DNA of 64,000 nucleotides from Rebecca billardiae RCC1528 (lineage: Eukaryota; Protista; Haptophyta). The position numbers and the translations under genes were made by a program. Under the pieces are notes generated by a model, which was given only the letters and a program-made list of their open reading frames with translations, was not told where the DNA came from and searched no databases. Positions 1 to 10,120 of this stretch are shown here, one piece after another (the stretch's first letter is position 1; every line of letters begins with the position of its first letter). The stretch covers positions 2,294,001 through 2,358,000 of the forward strand of contig OZ251228.1 of the NCBI GenBank assembly GCA_965240325.2, written 5' to 3'.

Positions 1-2207
1 AAGTGGCCGATCACGTTCACGCCGAACGGGCGCGCGCCTCGCCGCCGCGCCGCCTCGGCGGCGGGCGGCGGCGCGCGCGCGCTCAGCGCGCGCCACCACA
101 CCCGATGCGGCAGCTGCGCGCTCGCGTTGGGCGCGTGCTCGGCGATGCGTGGGCACCGGCGCTCGAGCTCGGCGAGCAGGGAGCCTGCCGGTGGTGACCA
201 GTCGGGCGGCGGTGACTCGAGCTCGGCCGCGCGCGCGCCGTCGTCCGCACCGCCGCGCGCCCACCAGCGCAGCGCCGGCGTGGGCTCTGGCAGCAGCGGC
301 CCCCGCCTGCCGCTCCTGCCGCGGCCGCCGCGGCCGCGCGCCCGGCCGTCGAAGAGCGCGGCGCAAAAGGCCGGGGCGTGCTCGAGCAGCGGGTGGCCCT
401 CTGGGCGCGCGCTCTGCGCGGCGGAGGGCGCGCGCTCGTGCGCGAACGGATCGCCCGGCTCCGCCGCGCGCCAGCGCGCCAGCGCGGCGCACTGCTGCGC
501 GACGAGCTCGCGCACGCGGCCGTTGCCGAGCGCGGCGCCGTCGCCGTACGCCCCGAGCACCACGCCGAACGAGAGGCCCCAGCTTGTCACGGCGGGCGGC
601 GCGCCGCACTCGGCGGCGCGCACGCCGAGCGCGCCGAGCAGCCGCTCGACAAAGTTGGGCACGTGCGCCTCGGCCACGCCCGCGAGTACGACCGAGGACG
701 CGCTGGTCTCGCCCAGCCACGCCCACAGCGAGCCCTCCGCGCGGTCGTCAAAGAGCCGCGCCGCGCCGATCTCGCGCAGCGAGGTTGCGTGCTCGGGCTC
801 TGGCAGGTACGGCGCGCTCGGCTGCGTGCGCCCCTCGGCGTGCGTCTGGAAGAGGAGCGCGCGCACCCACGGCGGCACGCGCACGCCGTTGTCAAAGTGG
901 TTGAAGCCGTACGCCACGCGCCGGCAGCGCGCGTGCCGCTCCGTGCCGGTGAGCGCCACGTACAGCCTGAGCAGCGGCCGAAGGTTGGTGAGCTCTGCCG
1001 CGCTGAAGCGCGTCTGGTGTGGCGAGATGTGCTCGGGGTCGAAGCGCTCGGTGGCCATGCCGGAGAAGTGGAAGAAGACGAGCGGCGCGCCGGCGTACAG
1101 CACCTCGACGGCGCGCGCGTCGCTGCCGTTGCCGCGCACCTCGACGTGCCGCCCCGTGTAGTGCAGGTTCCAGTACGCGACGTTGTACCGCGGGTCCTGG
1201 AGCACGTGCACCGCCGCACTCGGGAAGAGCGCTGGGATGAGCGAGCTCCACCCCTGCTCGCTGTGCAGCCCGCGCGAGAGGTCGACCTCGCCCTGGTAGC
1301 GCAGCCGCGCGGCCCACCACGCGACCAGGTCGGCAGCCACCCCGGGCTGCGCGCGCGAGAGGCCGACAAAGCCGACGTTGAAGACGCCCGCGCGCAGCAG
1401 CTGCAGGTCAGAGGGCCACAGGCCGTCGGACGGCGTGGGCACGAGGACGTGCGGCGTCAGCACCACGCTGCGCGCGCGCAGCCGCAGCGCGACCTCGTCG
1501 AGGCCGGCGAAGACGAGGATGTCCGGGTCGAAGTAGAGCACGGCCGACGCGTTCGTCTGCAGCAGCCGCGCAAAGCCGGCTGGCTTGAGCGCCGCGCTGA
1601 ACTCCTTGAGCTCGTAGCGCATCGCGAGCTCGAGTGGGTCGTACGCCATCGCCAGGCCCGCGTCGGCGACGCTCATCATCTCGACGCGCCGCGGGCGGTA
1701 GAGCGCGGCGAGGTCGTCAAACTCGGCGCGAATCGTCGAGACCTCCGGGTCGGACGTCTCCCACCGGTCCGCGACGAGCCACACCGCGCGCTCCAGCGCC
1801 GGGTTGGTGGACAGCACCGACGTCAGCAGCACGCGCACCAGCGCCCAGTTGTTCCACGCGGACACGGTCAACGTGACAACGCCCGCCCACAGCGCAGGCT
1901 GGTGACGAGCGCGCACGGCGTCGAGCGCGGCGCGCACCAGCGTCTCGTTGCGCACTCCGTCGCAGCTCGACGGCCCGCCGTGCACGAGCGCGAGGCAGAG
2001 CGGCTCCGGCAGCTCGCCGCACGCGGTCGCGAGCGGCACTGCCTGCTCGCCGACGAGCCAGCCGAGCCAGAGGCCGAGGTCGCTGCACTCCTGCTTGGGA
2101 CGAAGCCCCCCCGGCCCGACGGGCCGGTCGGCCACCGTCACAGCGCCGCGGGCCGCCCCGACCGTGAGAAGCCCGAGCAGGAGCCATGCGCGGCCTCGCG
2201 CCGCCAT
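1..2207 (-). CDS. Bacterial-like glycosyltransferase: signal peptide, GT-A-like domain, then probable start of a GT-B (GT4-like) domain; 3' part lies outside the window
   Basis: Not in the ORF track because it has no stop in the window. ATG at 2207 gives MAARGRAWLLLGLLTVGAARG; motifs YELKEFSAALKP, YFDPDI (DxD), VVLTPH, GVFNVGF, DPRYNVAYWNL, PLVFFHFSG; frame ends at the edge with PFGVNVIGH. The + ORF 378-2303 is its antisense shadow. Confidence 0.8.
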   Translation of the reverse strand, partial: MAARGRAWLLLGLLTVGAARGAVTVADRPVGPGGLRPKQECSDLGLWLGWLVGEQAVPLATACGELPEPLCLALVHGGPSSCDGVRNETLVRAALDAVRARHQPALWAGVVTLTVSAWNNWALVRVLLTSVLSTNPALERAVWLVADRWETSDPEVSTIRAEFDDLAALYRPRRVEMMSVADAGLAMAYDPLELAMRYELKEFSAALKPAGFARLLQTNASAVLYFDPDILVFAGLDEVALRLRARSVVLTPHVLVPTPSDGLWPSDLQLLRAGVFNVGFVGLSRAQPGVAADLVAWWAARLRYQGEVDLSRGLHSEQGWSSLIPALFPSAAVHVLQDPRYNVAYWNLHYTGRHVEVRGNGSDARAVEVLYAGAPLVFFHFSGMATERFDPEHISPHQTRFSAAELTNLRPLLRLYVALTGTERHARCRRVAYGFNHFDNGVRVPPWVRALLFQTHAEGRTQPSAPYLPEPEHATSLREIGAARLFDDRAEGSLWAWLGETSASSVVLAGVAEAHVPNFVERLLGALGVRAAECGAPPAVTSWGLSFGVVLGAYGDGAALGNGRVRELVAQQCAALARWRAAEPGDPFAHERAPSAAQSARPEGHPLLEHAPAFCAALFDGRARGRGGRGRSGRRGPLLPEPTPALRWWARGGADDGARAAELESPPPDWSPPAGSLLAELERRCPRIAEHAPNASAQLPHRVWWRALSARAPPPAAEAARRRGARPFGVNVIGH

Positions 2208-2659
2208 CGCCTGCTGATGAAGCACTTTCCCCGGTCCGGGTGGGCACTGGTGACTCAGGGTGGTGACTGCCAGGCAGGACTTGTGACTTGTCGGGTGGAG
2301 TAGATTTTCTTTTCCGCCGGCGGAATATTTTGGTGCCGGCCCTACTATGATATATTTAACGACGTGGTATGCAACGGGCAAGCGTCAGGCTCAGAGGATA
2401 TTAAATATATACATAGTACTACGACGTACGGTAGTACTACTACAAAGTTACGCGGACTTGACGTGTCGTGCTGAGTCAGTACTCACGGCGAGGCTGTGTC
2501 ACTCCGCACTCGGCAGCGGAGTCTGCTCTGGTGGCGGTGCTCCGACCAATCAGGCAATAGAATCAATCATATATGTCCAATATCGCTCAGTTATATAGTA
2601 ATTATAATAATATACACCAGCAGCGGCGCGCCAGGTGCGCCCAGCCGGGCAGGGCAGGC

Positions 2660-3114
2660 ATCCTGATCCTCAGCGGCCAGGGCGACGACATCCTCAACGG
2701 CAAGGGCGACGACTTCCTCTGCGGCCAGGGCGACGACTTCCTCAACGGCAAGGACGACGACTTCCTCAACGGCAAGGGCGACTACTCCCTCAACGACAAC
2801 TCGGCAAGGCCACTAGGCCGCGCACACCGGCCCTGGCGACCACATCCACTACCTGCACTACGGCATCAACTTGAACAGCCTCGGACGACGACGCGGGCAA
2901 CTACATGATGACCAAGGCCGACGACGACTGCAAAAACAGCGGCATCCCCGGGCGCCTACTACCTCAGTGACCGTGTGATCAGCATCGGTTACGACGACTC
3001 CCTCACCCGCGGCCAACGCGCTCCGACATCCTCCATTAACTCCATTCAGTACTTCGACAGACGAATCAGGAGAGCAGCTGCGCCCTCGTGCCTGTGTCTT
3101 TAAATCATAGAATT
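2660..3114 (+). mobile_element. 5'-truncated 3' UTR of a LINE-related element: 24-bp minisatellite plus shared 3' tail
   Basis: About 5-6 copies of ggcaagggcgacgacttcctcaac at ~2660-2800; 3057-3114 matches the reverse complement of the LINE terminus 57740-57794 apart from a 3-nt insertion. Confidence 0.65.
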
Positions 3115-3351
3115 AGTATAATCACTACTATACCATTATTAGACTGATGCTGCCTGAGTACCTTAGTTGCCGACCGCGCCGGCGGTCTGCTGACGACTCA
3201 GATCACTCAGTGCTTGAAGTTGCTTCATCATCATCATCGATCGTTCTCATCCATATTGAAAGAGTTTCGTCTAATGAGACTCCCTCGGCGGCTTTCTTCT
3301 GCACTGTTCAGGCTTCATCATTGAGTCATTCACAGCACACCGAGAGCTCCG

Positions 3352-5099
3352 TCACCACGCGGAGAAGTCGGTGAGCTCGGAGCGAAGGCGCTTGCCCTTG
3401 CCGCCCGCTCGACGCTCCTCCTCGTCGCTCCCGTCGTCCGCCGCCCCTCTGTCGGGAGCGTGCGAGGCGGTGAACGCCGACGCGGGGAGGTACTTGCCCA
3501 CGCCGTCGTGCAGCGGCGTCGGCCTGTCGGCGCGCGCGGCGCGCGGCGCGACGGCCGGCGCGGGCGCAGGCGCCGCTGCGGCCGGCTCGCTGTCGACGAC
3601 GTCGAACGGGTTGGCGAACACGGCCGCGCGCTCGATCCGGAGCTCCTTGCGCGGCCGCTCCTCGGCGTCCGTGGGCAGCCGCTCGATCTCATCCAGCACG
3701 CTCCCGCCGCCCACCACGCGCCCAAAGATGGCGTGCTTGCCGTCCAGGTGCGTGCACGACTTGAACGTGATGAAGAACTGAGAGCCGTTCGAGTCCGGAC
3801 CAGAGTTGGCCATCGAGACGATGCCGCGGCCAGTGTGCGAGAGCCGGCGCGCGATCTCGTCTGCGAAGGGCTTGCCCCACATCGACTCGCCCCCTTTGCC
3901 CGTGCCTGTCGGGTCGCCTGCGTGCGGCGCGCCCACAGCGCGAGCAGGAGGGGGTGTGGAGGGCGCGCGCGGCTTGGCTCAGGGTCGCGCGCCGCCGCCT
4001 CGCGCGGCGCGCGCCGCCCCCGCCGCCGCACGCGACGAGACGTACCGCCCTGCACCATGAAGTTCTTGATGAGCCGGTGGAACTTCACGCCGTCATAGTA
4101 CCCAGTCGCGCAGCGGTTGAGAAAGTTCTCACACGTGCGCGGCGCGAGGTCGACGTGCAGCTCGAGGTTGAGGCCGCCCAGGGAGGTGCTCAGCTGCACG
4201 TACGCCTTCTGCCCGAGCGCCTTCACGCGCGCGTACCGCTTCGCCTCGAGCTCGGCGGCGGTGAGCGGCGCGATCGCGTTCGTCGTCACCGGCGCGAACG
4301 TCGTCGACGTGAACCCCGCGGCGCAGTGGTGCGTCGTGCGGCGGTACGTGGTGAGCGAGTCGGGCGCGCTGCCGTCGAGCGCGCGGCCGGCGCGCTCGGC
4401 GCCGGCCGCGCCCGCGCCCGCCGCCCTGGCCGAGCCAGCCGCGACCGCACCCGCCGCGCCCGCGGCGGCGCCGCCCGCGCCGCGCTCCGCTGAGACGCGC
4501 TCGAGGATGCGCGACGCCGTCGGGTTCGCCCTGATGCTCCCGTCGTCGCCCTCGTGCGCCTTGAGCTTCTTGCGCACGTGCACAAACCGGTCGATGTTGC
4601 GCCGCTCGTCGTCCTCGGGGTCGTAGAGCACGATCAGGTCGGAGGGCGTGAAGGGCTCCTCGGTGAGCAGGTCGCGCAGGTTGCCCGGCCGCAGGCAGAG
4701 CTGCTGCACCGCCGCGTACGAGTACACGTTGCCCGTCGGCCGCACGGCGACGATCTTGGTGTTCTCGTTGAATGGCTTGAAGAGCACCGGGCACTGGTAC
4801 TTGCCGTCCGCGTCCTTGTGGAAGTGGAGGCGCGTGAGCTCCTTGGCGGAGAGCGGCTCGCCCGTCAGCGGGTGCTGCCGGAACTTCTTCAGGAACGGCA
4901 CGATGTTGAGCAGGTCGAACACGGCGCCGTCGGGCGCGCAGAACGGGTCCTCGAACGGCGTAAGCGAGATGGCGCAGCAGTCGAACGGCAGCCGCTTCAC
5001 GCGCGTGGCCGCGCGGTCCGATTTATTCCCGCCCCACTCCACGGCCCACTCGCTCGCCGTGATGTGCATCGGCGCCTTCGAGTGCTGGTTCTTCCCCAT
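3352..5099 (-). CDS. PPIL2: Peptidyl-prolyl isomerase-like 2 (Cyp60; U-box/Rtf2-RING plus cyclophilin); exons 5099-4046 and 3917-3352
   Basis: [40 protein letters not shown], cyclophilin [12 protein letters not shown]|[32 protein letters not shown]; the GT-AG intron 4045-3918 restores QGGDPTG. Confidence 0.93.
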
Positions 5100-6061
5100 C
5101 GCGCTCGCGGCGCCGAGCCGGCGCTCGTCACGATGGCGATGGCGGCCGCGAACTTAGCACACCCGCACCAAGGGTGCCCGCACCACCGGTTCCGGGCCGT
5201 CCCGGACCAAGGCCGGCCGGGGCCTACCCAGCCGGGGACAGGCGCCGCGCCGCTGCGCGGCGCGGCGCCTGCGGCGCCGTGGAAGGCGCCTACGGCGCCT
5301 CGGCGGCCTCCGGCCGCCGGGAGGCGCGCCTGCGGCGCGCCTGCGGCGCGCCTGCGGCGCGCCGGGAGGGGACCCCCAGAACGCCTACCCAGCCCGCGTA
5401 CGTAAGCCTGTCTGTCTGTCTGAACCGCGGTGTTACGTGAGTACTGTATGATAACAGTACTATAGCAGTAGCTAACACAGTCAGTAGTAGGACTAGGACT
5501 GGTGAGTTTCTGCCTTCTGGTTACTGTATCATAACGCCAACGCCCGGCAACGGGCGAAGTGCGTCAGCCGGCTGTCCACAGTAATAACCTATACAGTTGT
5601 ATTTGTAACTAAGAATAAGCCGACGCACAGAGCTCAGGCAGTCATGCAGGCGAGGTTGACGCCCGCCAACGGTCACCTGCCATGAGGCCGTCGCCGATGG
5701 TAGCGCCGTTGGAAGATTCATTCCAGTAGTAACTAGTATTCAGACGGCGTTATTGATGAATTCAGCCTGCGTTCGCCGTTGGCAGCCGATCACTTTCAGT
5801 CCGTTCACTGCCGGCCGTTTAGACGGGCTAACAGTAAACAGACGGCGCGGTGGTGATATCGCACCAGCATCATGGTTGGTTCGAATGACGAGACTATGAC
5901 GATACCACCCGCCGCATCATCGTCGTCGTCGCTGCTCTGAGTGCTCGCTCGCCGTCAAACCGTCGTCGCGACAGGCCTGCCAGGCTTCCGACTTCGTGTG
6001 TGTGTGCAGCATCTGCCATCTCATTCCGTCAGAGCCAGGGGTCGGGCAGCTCGCGTGTTGC

Positions 6062-7102
6062 CTACGCATGCGAGGGGCTCTTGATATCGAGCTGGTCCAA
6101 CGAAAGCCTGCGCGCCGTCGCCTTGTTCGTGCGCACACGGTAGACGCCATAGCCAATCGCACAGAGCAGCACCATGACAGCAGGCACGACGATGCCGACG
6201 ATCATGGAGATGCGCTCCGAGTCGTCTGGAAGGGCCTGAGCGGACGGAACGATTGTCGGCGAGCTGTCGTCGTCGTCATCGTCTCCGGACGAGCTGGACG
6301 AGCTGGACGAGTCCGAGTCCGTGCTTGCTGTCGTCCACTCGCCACTGTCTGCGGGCGCGGTGACGGTGGTCGTGACGAGCGTGGCTGCCGTCTGCGTGAG
6401 GATGCGGCCGTTGAGCGAGCTCGACGCCTTGAACGCGGCGTGGGTCTTGACGAGCAGGACGCCCTCCAGGTGCGATCCTGCGCCCGCGTCCACGTAGCCG
6501 GCCACCTGCCAGAAAATGTTTGAGGGCTGGGGCAGGCCGTTGCCGGAGCCATCGTCGACCAGGATGATCTGCGCGCCGGCGCCGACGACCATGTTCCCCG
6601 CCGACTGGAAGATGAACACGTCAGTGGAGCTGCCGTTGATGTAGATGCTCGAGCTGATGTCGATGCTGGTTCCCCAGGTGTACACGCCCGTCGAAAACGT
6701 CGCTCCTGAGATGAGGCCGCCGAGGACGTCGAGGTTTGCGCCGCCCGAGGTGGCGCGCCCGGCCGCATCCGTGTAGGCGGTCTGCATGTTGGAGATGGCG
6801 GTCGTCAGCTTCGACGGCGTGGGCGAGGTATAGCTTGCGGCGAAGACCTTCCCTGTGACCTGCGTCGACGTCGAGTACGTGGTGCCCGCGTCGAGAATCA
6901 GGGCAAAGCCAGTGACGGCCGCGGACGCGATCGGGCTCACGCCCATGTCGCCGACGATGACCGAGGAGGGGACATTCGTGATGCCCGTCTTGGCGAGGAT
7001 GGCGAAGCGGCCGCAGACGCCGATCTCAACGGTGGGGGTGGCCGCCCCCGCCACGAGCGTGGTCAGGAGGGCGGAGACGACGACGTGCTGCAGGATTGTC
7101 AT
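6062..7102 (-). CDS. Ice-binding-like protein (DUF3494) with signal peptide, Ser/Asp linker and C-terminal transmembrane helix
   Basis: FAILAKTGITNVPSSVIVGDMGVSP, AISNMQTAYTDAAGR, GVYTW, VFIFQ, NIFWQVAG, GRILTQTA; TM segment ISMIVGIVVPAVMVLLCAIGYGVY. Confidence 0.93.
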   Translation of the reverse strand: MTILQHVVVSALLTTLVAGAATPTVEIGVCGRFAILAKTGITNVPSSVIVGDMGVSPIASAAVTGFALILDAGTTYSTSTQVTGKVFAASYTSPTPSKLTTAISNMQTAYTDAAGRATSGGANLDVLGGLISGATFSTGVYTWGTSIDISSSIYINGSSTDVFIFQSAGNMVVGAGAQIILVDDGSGNGLPQPSNIFWQVAGYVDAGAGSHLEGVLLVKTHAAFKASSSLNGRILTQTAATLVTTTVTAPADSGEWTTASTDSDSSSSSSSSGDDDDDDSSPTIVPSAQALPDDSERISMIVGIVVPAVMVLLCAIGYGVYRVRTNKATARRLSLDQLDIKSPSHA

Positions 7103-7416
7103 GGCTGGGTCGGGCGAGGAGCGAGGTCGTTCGGCGTGGTGTTCCGGTCGGTTCCTCAGCTTTCTTCAACTTTCATCCCCCGCCCATCTTCAATCTTGAG
7201 TGTCGAGATATATGCGCCGGTCGTAGGTTTGAAGCAAGTCGTACTTTAGGTGGTTGGTATACTTGTAAGCACTAGCTTGTGTCAGTAGTCTCAGTACCCA
7301 TAAGCGATACACCCGTCCGGCAGAGTGCATGTGGTTGGAAGCGGCGGACGTGCACGTTTGTAAGTTGACAATTCACGCTTTCAATGCTGGGCAGCATGCG
7401 AGGAGTGAAATACGCC

Positions 7417-7640
7417 TTTTTTAAATTCCCCTTTATAACGGGCTCCGGGTGATCAGGCTGGCGGCCGAAGCCTCCAGCCCTACCCTGGCCAGCCCCCAAC
7501 CAACCACCACCCTCACCCAACCTCAAACCACTGACCGAGACACCTAGTGTCTTGACACCACTCCACTGTGGACAGCCCGCCTCCAGAGGGGGCGGGGGTA
7601 TGCCATTGCCAACAGCATACGAGCCCAACACTGTGGGGTG
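7417..7640 (-). repeat. Dispersed repeat, probable 5'-truncated retroelement 3' end
   Basis: 7423-7527 is nearly identical to 32575-32682; the minus strand ends ataaaggggaatttaaaaaa (short A tract). Confidence 0.55.
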
Positions 7641-8234
7641 GGCCGTTCACTCACGACAGCAATCACGCCCATTGCCTTTTTGATTGGTGGCTCAAGATGG
7701 CTAATTTTAGCAACCGGCCATTTTTGAATCGCGTGCCGCTGTGATTGCTTGTGATTGGACTCACCTTTTATTGCAAGAACGACAATCGAATCTCAAAGCA
7801 ATCACGGTATCCGTCCGCGGCGCGGCGCGAGGCATCAACGATAGCAACCAATCACAACGCCCGGGACCCGTCGGAGTCTTAAAACGTACGACCGTGCCGA
7901 ATCGCAAACAACTCTCTGAATGCGCGCCACCAGGTTCGTCGCCACCGGCGTCTACCTATCGTCGTTCAACCTGCAGAATTCTGAAAGTGCTCGGCCGGCA
8001 TTCCACATGGTTATTCACCTGATCCAGTGATACGAGGACGCTAACCACCTTCATAGGGGCGCCTAAAGACAGTACGACTCGCAGGCCTAAACCGTCAAGA
8101 CCAAGCCGAAGGGCCCCGTGGTCCTCGTGGTCAGACCTACCGGCGCGTATCTGGACACACTACGAAAGTTGAAGAAAGCTGAGGAACGACCGGAACACCA
8201 CGCCGAACGACCTCGCTCCTCGCCCGACCCAGCC

Positions 8235-9278
8235 ATGACAATCCTGCAGCACGTCGTCGTCTCCGCCCTCCTGACCACGCTCGTGGCGGGGGCGGCCACC
8301 CCCACCGTTGAGATCGGCGTCTGCGGCCGCTTCGCCATCCTCGCCAAGACGGGCATCACGAATGTCCCCTCCTCGGTCATCGTCGGCGACATGGGCGTGA
8401 GCCCGATCGCGTCCGCGGCCATCACTGGCTTTGCCCTGATTCTCGACGCGGGCACCACGTACTCGACGTCGACGCAGGTCACAGGGAGCGTCTTCGCCGC
8501 AAGCTATACCTCGCCCACGCCGTCGAAGCTGACGACCGCCATCTCCAACATGCAGACCGCCTACACGGATGCGGCCGGGCGCGCCACCTCGGGCGGCGCA
8601 AACCTCGACGTCCTCGGCGGCCTCATCTCAGGAGCGACGTTTTCGACGGGCGTGTACACCTGGGGAACCAGCATCGACATCAGCTCGAGCATCTACATCA
8701 ACGGCAGCTCCACTGACGTGTTCATCTTCCAGTCGGCGGGGAACATGGTCGTCGGCGCCGGCGCGCAGATCATCCTGGTCGACGATGGCTCCGGCAACGG
8801 CCTGCCCCAGCCCTCAAACATTTTCTGGCAGGTGGCCGGCCACGTGGACGCGGGCGCAGGATCGCACCTGGAAGGCGTCCTGCTCGTCAAGACCCACGCC
8901 GCGTTCAAGGCGTCGAGCTCGCTCAACGGCCGCATCCTCACGCAGACGGCAGCCACGCTCGTTTCGACCACCGTCACCGCGCCCGCAGACAGTGGCGAGT
9001 GGACGACAGCAAGCACGGACTCGGACTCGTCCAGCTCGTCCAGCTCGTCCGGAGACGATGACGACGACAACGACAGCTCGCCGGCTATCCCCCCGTCCGC
9101 CCAGACCTTTCCCAACGACAAGCAGCGCATCTCCATGATCGTCGGCATCGTCGTGCCTGTCGGCGCGGTGCTGCTTTGTGCGATTGGCTACGGCGCCTAC
9201 CGTGTGTACACGAAGAAGGTGGCGGCGCGCCGGCATTCGCAGGACCAGCTCGATGTCAAGAGCCCCTCGCACGTGTAA
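8235..9278 (+). CDS. Ice-binding-like protein (DUF3494), inverted paralogue of 6062-7102
   Basis: ATG at 8235 (MTILQHVVV); nearly identical DUF3494 domain, same linker and TM architecture. Confidence 0.93.
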   Translation: MTILQHVVVSALLTTLVAGAATPTVEIGVCGRFAILAKTGITNVPSSVIVGDMGVSPIASAAITGFALILDAGTTYSTSTQVTGSVFAASYTSPTPSKLTTAISNMQTAYTDAAGRATSGGANLDVLGGLISGATFSTGVYTWGTSIDISSSIYINGSSTDVFIFQSAGNMVVGAGAQIILVDDGSGNGLPQPSNIFWQVAGHVDAGAGSHLEGVLLVKTHAAFKASSSLNGRILTQTAATLVSTTVTAPADSGEWTTASTDSDSSSSSSSSGDDDDDNDSSPAIPPSAQTFPNDKQRISMIVGIVVPVGAVLLCAIGYGAYRVYTKKVAARRHSQDQLDVKSPSHV

Positions 9279-10120
9279 GCAACTCAGGAGCAGCCCGGCC
9301 CCTGGCACCGACGTATGATACTGCACACAGCACACACAGCAGGCATGTCGCATCCTGGGCGCACTTGATTGACGACGGCGGCGAGCAGCGATGGTGAACG
9401 ACGCGTGACCGAAACCATGGAAGACCGATGACGACATCAATAATCATAGCGAGTGACATCATGTAGCATCAGTATCGCGTCACCCACCCCCGCCGCGCCA
9501 GCAATCACGACTAGCTACAGTACTGTCACAGGATGCCTTCGGAGTGGCGACGATATCACCACCGGCACCCGGGTTTACACATGCAAGCAATAAGCATCGT
9601 CACATCATAATAATGTGTACTCCGATCATCGATCTGATTGGCACACGACAGGCCACTGCCGCACCATCATCTAAATAATAAATATTGCCTATTGACTGAT
9701 GACTAACTAGCTCATCATGCTCATTCTATGATTTAACGACACAGTTACTGCCTGAGTGCTGCTGCACTAACAACGGCCGGCGGTCCGCGCCATGTGAACT
9801 CGCGAGTAATATCGCGCGCAGCAGCAGTCGTATTATTTATTTATAATAATGGTATAGCATACTACTGCTAGGACGACTGCATCAAAGCAGCGGGACAGCA
9901 GACAGCAGTGACAATGCATGGTACCATTGTCAATGATGCAGGCGCACGTCATGACGTCATCAAGCGCCATCCGGACATCAGGGCGTACTACATCATATAT
10001 ATATCAGGAGTCATGCCCGATCATCTGTCGAGTTGCCATGGCATTATAATATCGTCAGTTCAGCCGTCGTCGTCGTCAGGTGATCATCATATCGATATGC
10101 GCATACGGATACGCAGACGA

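Noticed and set aside
2573-2908. RTX-like Ca-binding protein (GxGDDFLN repeats)
   Set aside because: The period is 8 aa rather than 9, the ORF is short with a poor start, and the position upstream of the LINE tail fits a UTR minisatellite better.
5200-5840. MITE (cgcctgcggcg repeats; ttactgt...acagtaa)
   Set aside because: The inverted matches are too short and there is no second copy in the window.
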